Source: Azolla caroliniana
Taxonomy: Eukaryota; Plantae; Polypodiophyta
Assembly (NCBI GenBank): GCA_043228905.1
Contig: JBHGNT010000001.1
Span: 5,270,001 to 5,334,000, forward strand
DNA: 64,000 nucleotides
Direction of reading: 5' to 3'
Part shown: positions 15,270 through 28,516 of the stretch, piece after piece
How the letters are laid out: the number at the start of each line of letters is the position of its first letter
Position numbering within the stretch: position 1 is the stretch's first letter
Program-made: the position numbers and the translations under genes
Notes under the pieces: model-generated
What the model saw: only the letters and a program-made list of their open reading frames with translations
The model's database searches: none
Told to the model about the DNA's origin: nothing

Positions 15270-15600
15270 AATCTAGGGTTTGCAGAGAGAGAAGACAGGC
15301 GATGGCGAGGATAGGAAACTAGGTTCAGCAGGGGGAGGGAAAGGAGGAGGACGAAGACGACAGCATCGTTACACGGGGAAAAACTGCGTGGAAAAAATTA
15401 GGGTTTGCAGAGAGGCGAGAGAGCGAGAGAGGGGGATGTGTCAGATGGAGAGTGTTTGCCGCCATAGCCCCGACGGGCCTGCAAAACAACGCAGACAGGG
15501 AAGTGTGTATACGTGTCAAGCCACGTCAGCCCCAAAACGCCACGTTGTCACCGTCGTGGCCCGCGTGGCTGGCTAACCGCAGGCATGCAAATGCCACGCA
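15270..15600 (-). promoter_or_regulatory. Putative promoter/5' region of the PHD gene: telo-boxes plus an ABRE/G-box-like cluster
   Basis: TAGGGTTT at ~15275 and ~15399. ACGTGTC at 15511, GCCACGT at ~15520 and ~15539, CGCGTGGC at ~15562. GC-rich island with GA-rich tract. Probable 5'UTR donor (CAG|GTATG on - strand) near 14975. Confidence 0.45.
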
Positions 15601-16699
15601 GGATCACAGCCCTGTACAATCCTCGACGAACCCCACAGGTGTAATATACATATATATGTATTGTTAGCCTTATCATTAAAATAATACATTGTGTGTGCGT
15701 GTGAGAGTCTTCTCTCTCGCATAAAAAGCCCTATGTTTTTTCTTAGCCCTTGGACGTGGGTTCGAGTCCCACCAAGTGAGACATATAGATAATAGAACAT
15801 TGTCGTTCGTAACCTTGCATCGGAGGGATCTCGGACGTTTGAGATGTGTGTGTGTGTATGTGTTATGTGCCTCTCTTCATACTATTTCTTCAGACTATAA
15901 CACCCCCCCCCCCCCATTCAAGTTGTAGACATGATTAGGGTTCGTGGTATCCGTACTCAAGTTTTGATATAAAGAAAACGCTCCCATTGACTTTCAAGAA
16001 TTGCACGAGGCATCATTTATAAAGGTTGAATAAACATGCGAAGTAAAATGTTGTCTTCTTATTGGATGCATTATATTAAGAGAGAGATTTGGGTATATGG
16101 AATACATTACACTTGCTTCATGGTGCCTTGATGATGAACAAAATCTTGGGTAACATTGCTTGAAAATATTTCACATTCATTCATGTGTCATGTTTCACTT
16201 GTGATCATGTTAAAGTAATCGAAGGAAATAATGTCAATGTAACAATGAGAAGCATTGTGGCTCTCAAAGGGATTAAGTGGTCCAATAATGTCCTCGACGT
16301 TGTGAATTTGTCACCCTTCCTAGACCCGACATCTCTTCAGAATGATGAATAGAATAGGGTATCACAAAATGCAATGGTAGATCTATATTGGACAACTTGG
16401 GTCCACAAAGGGAGCCTCTTCCAGAAAGATGGTCCACTACAAAGATGGGTTCATACATGTAACAATAAACATTGATGCCTACAAGCCCAATAGTGTGCTC
16501 AATGCAATCAGGCAATTATCTTTCTCTATATTGACTCTTTTGTATTTTATAGGCTTTTTATAATCTCTCGTTGTTGAAGTGGTTGTATGTTCTATCGCTA
16601 CTAAACCAAGAGATTGAAGAACATCTCCCAAAAGAAACATGATATCATTAGAATTAGAATTAGAATTTTTATTGTCCATAAAGAGGTTAATTTTGACCT

Positions 16700-18540
16700 A
16701 TAGGACCAGAGTATACATGTGTTCTTCATATGCGTCTGCTTCCTAAGAAGGGGTATTCATACATCGAAGTACAAAGTCTCTATGTGTGAATAAAGCATGC
16801 ACATATGAGCTCCACCTTCTCAGCGATGTCTTAAGTATGCCACTTAAGTTATCACTCCCTCTTAGTATGTTAGCATATCTTAAACGAAATTGCACTATAT
16901 GTCAAGCATGTAGAGAGCAAGTGACATTCATCCTCTACCATGCCTTCATTACATACTTTGCATGTCTTCAAATTAGTTACATTTATGATACCATGATGCA
17001 ACTTCAATATCTAACTTGTGAGATCAAGTGCGAAGTAGTGTAAGGGCTCTACGAGCATTACTACTCCTATTGGTAGTGAGATAAGGTTGGATACAATCAA
17101 TAGGCATTATTGCTTTATATTGAGACCAACATTCAAGGTTGACATTTGCAATGTAGTATTCTAGCTTTGTCCTCTTGACATCTTCCCACTTCATCCTCGA
17201 CAATTCCACCAACCTTTCCCCAATCATTACATATTGCATAGCGTTGCTTGAAAGCTCTAAAAGATCATCCAAACCCCATCTTCTAAACCATTTCCTTATG
17301 TCAACACCCAACCGGATGAGAGAATCTTACTTTGATGATTCTTTTGTAGCTTACATCCAACATTCCAAGCAAGATGTGGCAATCGATGATTCGACATATT
17401 CTTGACTTTTGTAATGTATTTATATGCTCTTTGGGGTGCCAATAGTTCTATGTGTCGAACACCTATTTCCAAGAGCATAACCTGGTAAGAGGTAGTGCAT
17501 TTAACTCCTAATTGCCTCCTTAAAAACATATTTTGAATTTTCTCAATCTCATTCCATTCATTAAGAGAGATTGTGCCACCTCGTACTTCTACTCCATAAA
17601 GCAATACTTGAGTTACCATGGCATTGAACAACATTAGTTTTACTTCCCATCCACAAGTATCACTTTGGTTGCATCGGTTCTCCAAAAGGTAATATGATTT
17701 CCAACCGGCTTGGATCCTAAAATCAAAGCATGCACTCCATTTTTTGTGGTGGGTACATCAATACCAAGATATATAAAGCTTTGAACAAATTGTATATGTT
17801 CACCTCTTTATGTGAGCATAGGGTAATGATGAGGTTGGATGGTTTGCACTACCATCATTTTTGTTTTGTCCATGGTCATTGCTACTCCACTACTATGACA
17901 AAATTCTTCTAGTACCCCAAGTAATTTTTGCATACTATCAACATCATATGAGAAGAGTACCACAACATTTGCATATAGAAGTAATAAGATAACACGTTGC
18001 ATCAATTTGGGGGCATTCAATCCTTCTTCTCTTGCAATCTTATTCACCACTTCTTCTAATTTATCAATACATAAGCCCAAAAGTGTGGGTGATAGTGGAC
18101 ATCCTTGCTTGACTCCCACGTTACTTAAAAAGTGGTTTGAGGATCCATTATCCATTATTAGTTGGCGTTTAACTTGTTCACATAGGCGTGCAACAACAAC
18201 TCGGTACTCTAATGGCATGTCAATCTCTACCATTCTATTCCAAAGCTCACTTCGTGGTACGGTACCAAAGCTTTCTTAAAATCAACAAAACAACAATAAA
18301 GTGTTTTTCCTTGTAGTCAACTCTCTTCCATGATTACTCACAATGTGACCAAATGATCCACAATTGGTCTAAATCCTGCTTGCCCAAGTGCTCTTTTGCT
18401 TCTACTTTCGGCCTATGTGCTTATCTTTTGCTCCATAATAGTGCTATATAATTTAGCAATAGTTGAGCTCACCATTCTTGTACAATAATTTGATACTTGA
18501 TTCTTATCTCCGACTTTAAATATTGGTTTAATCCAATTCA
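16700..18540 (-). mobile_element. Degenerate non-LTR retrotransposon (RTE-like LINE) reverse transcriptase remnant
   Basis: Broken ORFs with 'SNVGVKQGCPLSPTLLGLCIDKL', decayed YADD ('LLLYANVVVL'), 'KTKMMV', 'LFNAMVTQVLLYGVEV', 'IQNMFLRRQLGVK'. Multiple stops and frameshifts. Ends are approximate. Confidence 0.85.
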
Positions 18541-19634
18541 TAATACAATCATTTGGAAATCATTGTATTTGCCAAGGAAGTAAATCCTAATGAAATTAAG
18601 ATGATCGTGGCAGGAGAAAGAGAGATCCAAAGTAGTAACTAGGGAAATGGCTTCTACATCGGGTAGAGTGGATTGCACACGATTGCAACAAAAGGGTCGT
18701 TCCACAATGTTTTGATGGGAATGTTTTACAATGAGATGATGGAAGGGGGGGGAGAAAGCAATCCCTAATCTCAAAGGGATATGAGAATTACAATTTACAA
18801 AGATGGAAATATCATAGGTACATAGAGGAAAATTCATATAGACGAAGGTTATCTATTAGCGGAAGTGTTTATTTGGTTGACAATGGTGGGTAATTTGCCT
18901 CTAGATGTGGCTTTAAAACACCAAGACATTTTAAGATGAGACATGGTTTTTGAGTATATTGTTCGAGGAGACAATTTCCTCACATGTCCAGTTGTTACGG
19001 CCCTTTAAGCATAACGTCACGACTCACAACTATGCCATTGTGAATTAGGAAAATGCTATGAACCAGAGAATGGGGTTTTCACAAAGGGAATAAATGCTTT
19101 ACTCCTCTTCCCCCAAGCAAGGCATAATCACATAGGGTTTTCACAAGGGGGTATTCTTCAACTACATTTGGTAACAAAGTTGCATGGTTCAAAGACTTTA
19201 AGAAATGGGTTATTGTTTGATGGTCTCCAAGGCATATCATAACTTGGATATGTGATCAAAGGAAAAATTGATTATGTGATTTTACCAAGCAACGCACTGG
19301 GAAAACCTTGTCCTCTAAGGGATCTGACTTTTATATTTCACTCATTCTTAAGGCGCGACACCCTAAACCCTAAAGACCTCTGAGGATTAACACGACCATA
19401 AGATCCTCATGATTTGTAGTTAGGACTCAGGGGGACAACAAGGGTTTTTCAGTTATTTGTTACATTGTTTAAAGTTTAAACCAGCATAGTTTCAGGGAAA
19501 AAAGAAAATGATCAGTAATTTCTGTGAATTTCAGTAATTCTCATATTTATTTATTTGGCACACTTTATTCCTTTTTAAATTCCTGTCTCCTTCCCTCTCC
19601 CTGGTCTTCAAACCGAGAGGAGCAGGACATAGAA

Positions 19635-22600
19635 ATGGCTGATGAATACGAATATAAGAGGCTGCACGATGCGATTCTCTTAGTGGGAAAGAAAGTGAGT
19701 TTCTATGGTGCAGTCAGTCAATTTGAGCAACCCAAAAATACCCGTGGATCAGGTATCCAAACTGAATTCTACTCATGTCATGTAAAATTCACATGAAGTT
19801 TCAGAATGCGTGGATCTTTCCTTATCTATTTAGTCCTTGATTTTCTTCTTCTTCCTCTACTTTGTTTTTATTTCTATTATCTATGTCTTCTTTAATGGAT
19901 TGTTTCTTTATTTTCCTATATCTGTTAGTGTCTTGGTCAACAACATTATCAAAAGCTCATCATGAAAAGGTGAATCTCGATGACATCGAAAATGTGTGTG
20001 TTTTGTAGGTTCGCAATCTCAAATCTATCCCCTTTTAGCCTTATTTCCACACTTTTTATGTCTATATTCCGTTATTTCACACATGACCATGTCACCGTTA
20101 AAGATGATCTTGGTGGCATTAAAAATTCCTGCTATGTGGGTTTTCAACCAAAATTCTATCTTGGTTTTTGCCTTATGTACACAGTTTTCTTAGGCCTATT
20201 CTCTAATATTGTTTGTGTTAACCACTCGTCAAGAAAAATATAATTCTTCGTGGCAGTGGAAATTCATATTTTGTGGGTTTTGATGCTCATTTTATCACGA
20301 GTTTCCTTATTTACATGTTTTTATGTCTATATTCCACTCTTTTCACATGTTGGCCTAACCCATGAAAAGTGAAATTTTGTCGGTTGGGGGGCATTATAAT
20401 GCGTGGTTTTTGGTCTTGATCCTTGGATCTATCATGGTTGCCATTTTCCATGGTTTTTACCAGTTTTGCATGTACACCTCACCATGTAAGTTATTCTTGG
20501 GGTTATGTTGAGTGACGCTGAAATGCTTGTTCTATGGGTCTTGATCGCTAATTCTGTCATCTCTGTCATAGCATGTTCTACCTTGATTGCACGGTTTTCG
20601 ATGTCTACATTCAACTCTCGTACGTGTTAGTTTCACATGGAAAATGATTCGTAGAGTCCTGAATAACATTGGAATGTGGATGATGATCCTAAATTCTATC
20701 TCAGGTTGCCTTATTTCCATGAATTTTATGCTAATAACTCCACTCTTGTTCATTTTAACATCACCATGAAAGTTTTTCATAGTGTCCTCATTAACCAATA
20801 TTGGAATTGTGTGTATTTATCTTGAATTCTATCAATGGTACCGTGTTTCCATATATTTTATGTTTGCCTTCTAGTCTTCCACATGTAAACTTAACCAAGC
20901 AATGGAATGCTTGGACTGCTGATTGACATTTAAATGTGTCTTTATAGGTCTTAATCCTGAATTCTTTGTGTTATATTTCCACAAATCTTATGTAAAATGT
21001 TCCACTCTTGCACATGTTAGCCTTATCATGAAAGTGATTTTTCGTTCACCTAATCATCAAATTTCATATATTTAGGACACATGTTTTTAAGGCTTTTGAC
21101 TAGATCGCTGTCAAGGAACATGTAGTTATTCAGTAGAAACTTACCCCCCTGTCAAGAAATTACCATACACTTAATTTCTATACCTTTAGATGCCATGGAC
21201 ATTGGTACCCAAGCAACAAGTGTCATACAAGGAAAAGTGGACAAGAGAGAGAAACCTTGGGGAATAGCCTTAAGAGATTAAAATCTTCATATATGTACTC
21301 ATGCTAAATGTACAAGAAGTATAACGGTGGAATTATAAACCGTTTACTTCTTCATGACTTTTTACCTTAGAACTAGAGTTTTAGTTCTCTCTCTCACACA
21401 CACACACATTGAGCTTTAGCCCTCTCTCATAACCAATTGCATAAGCGTTATGCATTACCTTTCATTGTTAAGCCCTATCTCATTGCAAGAATGAGGTGAT
21501 CCCACCACATGTACAGGCATATACATTCTGATTTCCTAAACAATGTGTCTTTTAACTGAGTGATTAATTGTGTGCATTAAGTAGGTTAAGTTGTAATTTA
21601 AATTTCTTTTGCTAATTGTGGTGATGACAAAGAAGATGAGCTAGGATTACAGTTAAGCTGTTGGTGCATGCAAGAACGATGGACACAGGAAAACATTGTA
21701 TCTCTACAAATGCGCCTGATTTTTTCTTACTTCTCCAAATACCATTGGACAATGCCCAAGGATAAAAAATAGAAAATGGAGATGAATTGACCATACAATC
21801 AATAACTCAGTACATATATTTACGAATAGTATCATTGTCCTTGCCTGGTAGCTTTGTAGTACATAGGTGCATTTGGTCATTTTTAAGGGTTGAACGGAAC
21901 CACTATAGTAACCGTCATATGCATTTTATTCTTTTTTATTTAATTCCTGACCGTCTTTCATCAAGTCGCACTGGGAGTCAATGATTGCTATATAGAAATT
22001 TCTCCATGGATTTCCTTGGAGATGTTCGATGCTTCCCTGAGCTTCCTTCATGACCACGAAGCCACTGGATGAATTGCCAGATAGATAATCTGGACTCTGC
22101 TGTTGCTCTGTGGCAAGTTGGGCTTGGCTCACTCAATGAGATAATTTCCTCCCCTAGAGCCTCATAGCGTGCCGGGAAAGGGGCCTATTCGAGGACATTT
22201 GGACGAATAAAAATGTTTTGGTGTTTTTCTCTGTAATATGCACATGATCATGAATGCATCAAATGGGAAGTTTCAAGTTTTTGTTGTTATCATGACTGCT
22301 GTTTTGGTTCGTAACTGATGATTGCTGACAGATATGATTTGTACCATGACGGTTGAAGACATGAGTTCATACAGCCCTGGTTTGCGTGTCATTGTTTTTT
22401 CTTCTACGGTAGAGGGCCTTCCACGGGTGAAGGCTATAGGAGACGTGATCCGGTTCCATCGAGCAGTGGTAAGTTCTTCAAAGTCATTGTTTACATGGTT
22501 AGTCTATGTGTTACTAAGGGTTTTTGAGTTGCATTTTTTCTGTGACATATTTGAGGAGAGATGTTTCCTTTTCTTTAGGCATTGACTAACATGCATACTA

Positions 22601-25600
22601 TATGATAACCAAATACAATGGATAAGTCTAAATTTTTTTCAAACCCAACAAAATATTCAAAATTTCGACAAAGTAAAATATATTTTAAATTGCTTAAGTT
22701 AATTATTGTTTTGAACATCAAATGTCTCTAGAATTGACTCCTATAAAAGTTTGAAAATAAAGTACCCTAAAAATGATGTCCAAAGTAAACTGAATATAAG
22801 CTTATCAGTCAAGGATCTTTCAAGCTTAGCTCTCCAAGTGCTGAAATTTGAGTGAAAAGTTTAGCTATTATAATGTTGAAATTGGGCTTAGGGTTTGCCT
22901 GAGGTGGAGAGTATAGGGGAGGTTATAGATAGTAAACAGGGCTTCAGCTGTGCAGCAATGAGTATGTGATGTGCAAAAAAAGCACAGCGGGAAATTTGTG
23001 CAGAAAAGGAAGTAGATCAAATGAATATTAGGGGAAACTTTTCACGAAATTTCCCGCATGATGGAAAAGGATCAAATTAGGGTGGATACAGCAGAAAAGG
23101 AATTTAGGGTAGATCAAATGAATATTAGTGGAAACTTTTCACGAAAGTTTAACATTTTCAATGATCCTTTAAACAGAGTGTTCTGTTCACACACATGGTT
23201 GGAATCTATCCAAACAGCAGCATTTAGATGCAACTTGCTCTTGATAATCTTCAAGAGCACTGTGATATGGGCATTTGTTATAACACCATTGTGACTCTAA
23301 ATAATGATATGGTCTTGTAGCTTTTCAACTACTGAGGATGACATACCTAAAAATATATAACTATTAGGGTCTAAGGGATAAATATAGAGGCATGTTGCTC
23401 GTATGATGGAAATGCTTCTGTATCCTAAAAATTTAGTTGAACTTAAGTTTTTCTTTTAATGAGTGCATGCTGATATTTTGCTTGTATAACTTTTGAAGTT
23501 TTGTCTTCAAGGTTTTGGTTGTTGCATCATTATTTTCACAGTGACACACATTATGTATGTAAATGATGCAGATTAACACTCACAAAGATGTGCCTCAAGC
23601 AATTGTTCGAATTAAAATGGGAGCATCATTTCTCATCTTTGATGGGATGAATGGAATTGGATACACACCCTATCAGGAATCATCCAAAAATTATACAATG
23701 AAACCTAATGATCATCAGCAAATAGATCTTATTCGGGATTGGGTCAAAAGACAGCCTATGGATATAGGTATGGTATGCCATATCACGATTGAAAACAAAT
23801 AAATAGGTTCTGAGTTTTTATCCCAAAGTATATATAAAGACACTGAGGACATTCAAAATGGAAGGCATATTCATGTTTGTGTGCAGTGTGTGTGAGAGAG
23901 TTGAATATGCTAGAAAAAGTATTACAAGAGTGTACATTAAAAGAAAATGTAAATATGCTGATAATTCTCTTAGGAGGTAACAGGTTGTCATTGAGGGTCC
24001 TTGGGGTAGGCATATGGATGCACAAAGCATACTAAACATATTATTTTGTTAATTTTGATAACTTGGAAGCTGTAGAAAAACATTCACGTCAATTTAAGAT
24101 ATCCAAATGACCTCAAACATGAATAGATGGCAGAGTCAACTGCTATATATAACACTACTATTTGATGAGAATAAATTTAGTCGACCCTTGCAAATATGGC
24201 CAGATCTCAGTTGCTCTGATTGAATTCATGAAGTTTTTGGAAAACATGTAAGCATCATGAGGTGTTTACAAGCCATAAATTATATGAATTGCATAATAGA
24301 ATGACAAATGAGAAAAAAATGTGAATGGAGACAGATAAAATAGATTTAACAGTTCATCAAAATTAAAACCCCTTATGGACGCAGGTTCCAACAGTTACAT
24401 ACAACAGAACATTATATATTGTTCATTCTCCGAAGGGAGGGAGTCTCTTGTCTCATAAGACTCTTGAAAGCAAGCTGGCTTTCATGGTGATAGAATAATG
24501 ATATTTTACCAGATATATGTGTTTCCTTTAGATATACCATGCATAGAAAATGTGTTTGAAACTCCGGGCATAAAAAACAAATCTTCTTGGGAATTTCCCA
24601 TGTCAGTATCTTTTTATTTTTTTATCTGTTGCTTGGCATCTGTATTTGACGAACAATAATTGAGTGGAGAAGAGATCTGTTCAAACAAGCTCTTCCCTAA
24701 TTCTGTAGGCCTTTTAAACAATTTGAATGTTGGGCCTTCAGAAGTTACAGTTGAATGTAAAGCTTTAGAAACCTTTTTAGTTCATTTTCAAAATTATGAA
24801 CAGGAATATTTAATTGATGATAAATTTACTTCATCTTGGAGGGTTACTATCTTCAACTCTTTGTCTCTTTTAACCTATAATTAGGATATTCAACAGGCTT
24901 AACTGAGTATCTTGTTCCAATCAGCGGTATTAATGAAGGGAGCTACTTTGACTTGTGTTGCAAGGTATATTTAGATCTCAAACTGTCAATAAATATTATT
25001 CTTCTATAGTATTTAAGTATTTGATAATCTGAATCTGTAGCATGCTAATGGAGTCATGTAATTTGTTATTTGTACAGTCATTTATTTATGTTTTGTTGTT
25101 TGAAAATAAATTATCTTTGAGAAAGATTCTTACTGTTCAGCATTCGATTACATCTCCTTCATCACATTTACTATACAATATGCAGAATTATTTACAATAT
25201 CTTTTTCACAGATATTTGTTTTTACACTTGACAGCCTTATTTTATTCAAGGCTTTCCTTAGACCACTCATGTGATATGATCTCTTGTCTGACAGATCTTG
25301 CATGTAGATGACCAAGAATCTAATAATGCTATCATATTGTACGTTTGGGATGGTACAGATGCTCCACCAGCTTTTTTGACTGTGTAACTAAAATCTTCTT
25401 AAATCTCTCATGCTTCTTGTTACATTAGTTCTGGTCAATCTCCTCAAGTTGATATCTTTTAATACAGCTCTGAAGGAAGAGAAGGTCGAGAGAGAGTGTT
25501 CTCAACAGAGATAAAGGTAGAAGGTGTTCCAACACTTAAAAGGGATATAATTTCCTCCTTTCCTCCTGTCGGTACTGTATTGCCCATAATCCTCAATCTA

Positions 25601-27463
25601 GAAGAGAATCCCATTCAACCATATTCACCTGGCAATTGGGTCAAGTTCCGTAACTTGACATGCCGAGTCCATTCAGGGATTTATGAGACAATATTTCTAC
25701 GTGAGAGTAAACTAAGTTTACTATCATCTCGCTGTGAGCTGGTAGAGAAGCGTGAGAGGTACTATGAGAAAGTGCTAATAATAATATTCTTAATGACAAG
25801 AAAAAAAGATAGCTCCACAATTCAAATTCAGGATGATTTAGCTTTTGATGTTCCTATGTGTAGAGAATTTCAAAGGAGGGTTCTTGATGCTGATCGGCGA
25901 TTGCCTCAATCAGCTTTGAAACCTTTGCATTCTATTACAGGTATGCACATCTAACTCAGCTTGTTTTTGTGCGTAACACGGTGCAGCTTGTTAGAGCATT
26001 CAGTAAAAGCATTTATATATATATGTGAAAAAAATGATTAGGCAGGTCTAAAACTAAAGTAGCTCCTTTTTATGTTAACTTCTTTTTGTATACATTCTTG
26101 GCTGTACTATTGATTACAGTGACGGATTACGAACATGTACCTTTCTCAACCCTAAGGGAGGTCTTGACATATCCTGAGGTTTGTATTTATGAGAAAAACG
26201 CTCATTTCTGCCTCTTGTAATGATACACTTGAGAGTATACGTGCTTGTAGTAATTCATCTTTTTTTTCTTATTTATCTCGAGAAATGATCTGCGAGTGGT
26301 GTTGGATACAATATAAATTTCTGGGTTAAATTACTCGTATTGTAGATAGCTGGAATAATTTGAAAAGCACATTGTATTGGTTTAGTGATTATGATGAAAC
26401 CTATCGAGGTAGCAGGGCTCTATCCAGGAGAGTTTCATAATGTGAGACTCAAGGGAACTTCGGTTAAAAATAAACCTGAGTTAAAGGTATAGGTGGGTTA
26501 AAGTGCTCGTAGGTATATATATAGATAGTCACGCGGCAAATGCGACTGGAGCATGGATGACTATGGCAGAGGGCTTTGGGGCATGAGAGAAAAACTAAAA
26601 GAAAGAAAGCAGATATATTAAAATCTCTAAGAGACCATAATGGGAACCTAAGGTGTGTTTGAAAGACTACTTTTATGGAGGAAGGTAGAATCATATGCTT
26701 AATATGAGAAACTAACAGGTCACCATTTTGTTTGGCATTTCAAGGTGTTTCTTTTTATCTGACAAATGATACCATCTGATTTAATAAATTGTTAATGCCT
26801 TGAAGGAAATGAAAGGGAGCACCAGAAGATTAAAATCACACACATTTCAGCTTTATTATTTCTCTCCAAACTCCAAGTTTTCTGAAGTATATTATAATTA
26901 TGTTGACAGGTAACTTACAAGTTCCATTGTGTGGTACGTGTTGTCTCGACACTACCTACAAGAGTACATGATTTTTGTGTGCCAGTGGATCCAGAGATGT
27001 TATTGACATTTAACGAATGCGAAGGGAAGACTTATGTATATAGAGTACAGTTGACACTAGAGGATCCGACTGCACGCATCTGTGCCTACTTGTGTTTTGA
27101 AGATGCAGTATGTCATATACTTCTGGTTTCATCTTTGTCTTTATTTCCAATTTAAGACTAAATATGCATAATGAAGTAACAATTCATGGGCATCTTATAT
27201 TGCATGTTCTGAAAGTGTAGGAACGCTTCTTTAATGGCCATCCTGCTACGGATTTGCATGGTGATAGTGCATCAGTTGGTGCTCTTGAGAGGAAAGTTCA
27301 GAAGCTTCTCGGGTTTGAAGAGAATAAGTTGTATGGAAGTGTTACGTGTGAGTCAAGGTTTAATCCTCCCTGGATCAAGTGTTGCGTGAAGTCTTATTAT
27401 TTGCACAAGGAGAATCCATGGGGGTCTCGGCGCTTTCGGATATTTGGAACAGTACTCCTTTGA
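19635..27463 (+). CDS. POT1: Protection of telomeres 1 (OB-fold ssDNA telomere-binding protein), 10 exons
   Basis: Exons 19635-19752, 22332-22468, 23572-23767, 24897-24964, 25295-25383, 25468-25758, 25864-25940, 26120-26178, 26910-27107, 27221-27463, all GT-AG and in frame. Plant POT1 motifs: 'PKNTRGSDMICTMTVED', 'LPRVKAIGDVIRFHR', 'YFDLCCKILHV', 'LYVWDGTDAPP', 'VQLTLEDPTARICAYL', 'NPPWIKCCVKSYY...PWGSRRFRIFGTVL'. Confidence 0.95.
19980..21060. repeat. Highly degenerate ~135-bp tandem array (~8 units) in POT1 intron 1
   Basis: Recurrent anchor 'AATTCTATC...TTGCCTTATTTCCA...TTTTATGT...CCACTCT...CACATG...CATGAAAG' near 20021, 20152, 20290, 20427, ~20550, 20692, 20826 and 20960. Confidence 0.6.
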
Positions 27464-28516
27464 TAATAATGTACACGTTTTAAAACCACAAATGCAATTT
27501 TTGTACATGATACCTTTTAGATCAGAAGGTAAATGCAGTGTTAGAAATGTTTGCAAGCTGCGAGGATTGTAACTAACGCTTGCGTGGTAAAAAGTTACGT
27601 TTTGTAGTTTTCTCTCTTTCTCTCTTTCTCTCTCTGTATTTTTCACTTTGTGCAGTGTCTTTAGGCCATCTAAAGTTTGAAGCCAATGTAAATATTCCAT
27701 ACTCTTGACTTTTGCGCAGTATAATGAGTCATGAGGTTGATTCAATGACAAGTTCATATGTAATGACATTTACCAAGAACTCAAACCTGGGTCATAATTG
27801 GATTGGCAATGGTTTGAATTTACGCTTGCAATCAAATCAGTTCTCATTCTATTTTATTGTGAACAATTCAATTGATGTCACAGCTACCATGTCTTGCATT
27901 GTACCGTTTGCAAACAATAGTTTGCATGCTAACATTTTTGAGCTGCCACAGCCACTTAAAATGATTCTATAATTCTGAACTTTGATGTATGTGTAGTTGA
28001 ATTTAATTTGCATGTTGTGAGAGAATTAACAAAGACCAATGATCATGATAGTGATAATGATGTATACAGGAGGCAATTTTCTAGAAACTTTGATTGTCCC
28101 TTTTCTAGTGGTTATGCTTTTCTGATATCAAGTCTTGGATAACATCTTCATTTGGTTCTGAAAAACAATAATACCTCCTGTTTCTTTGGAAATCATTTTG
28201 CTTTCAAGGCTTCATGAAAATATTGTGGCAAGGAAATTTGAGACAATTATTCATGGGTTCTATCTGCACATATGCATACACTATTTTTTATTAACACCTG
28301 CAACACTAGTTCTAGGCATCGTTTAAATTTGCCACAATCCATTTGGAGCACTGAATGCTGTACCACCAAACTTGTCAAATGCAAAGTTCTGGTGCATTAG
28401 TCCATGCATGAGGTGTTTCCACGTATAAACTACAAACCTTGAAACACCACCAAAAGGTGTCCTAAGTAGTATCTATGTATTTGGATGGTTGGGTGGAGCG
28501 GTCACATCATCCCCTG

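Noticed and set aside
16273-16680. Possible Gypsy integrase remnant ('RRGHYWTT')
   Set aside because: Only one weak motif, with no other integrase residues recognisable.
19980-21060. CRISPR-like interpretation of the periodic repeats
   Set aside because: Eukaryotic intron with diverged full-length units, no constant repeat/unique spacer pattern and no cas genes.
21109-21630. Possible solo LTR in POT1 intron 1 (TGTCA...TGACA)
   Set aside because: Flanking 4-6 bp do not match as a TSD, so evidence is insufficient.
3686-27463. Functional cluster of chromatin/telomere genes (PZP reader next to POT1)
   Set aside because: The divergent genes are separated by kilobases that include a LINE remnant. 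Adjacency alone is not evidence of co-function in a plant genome.
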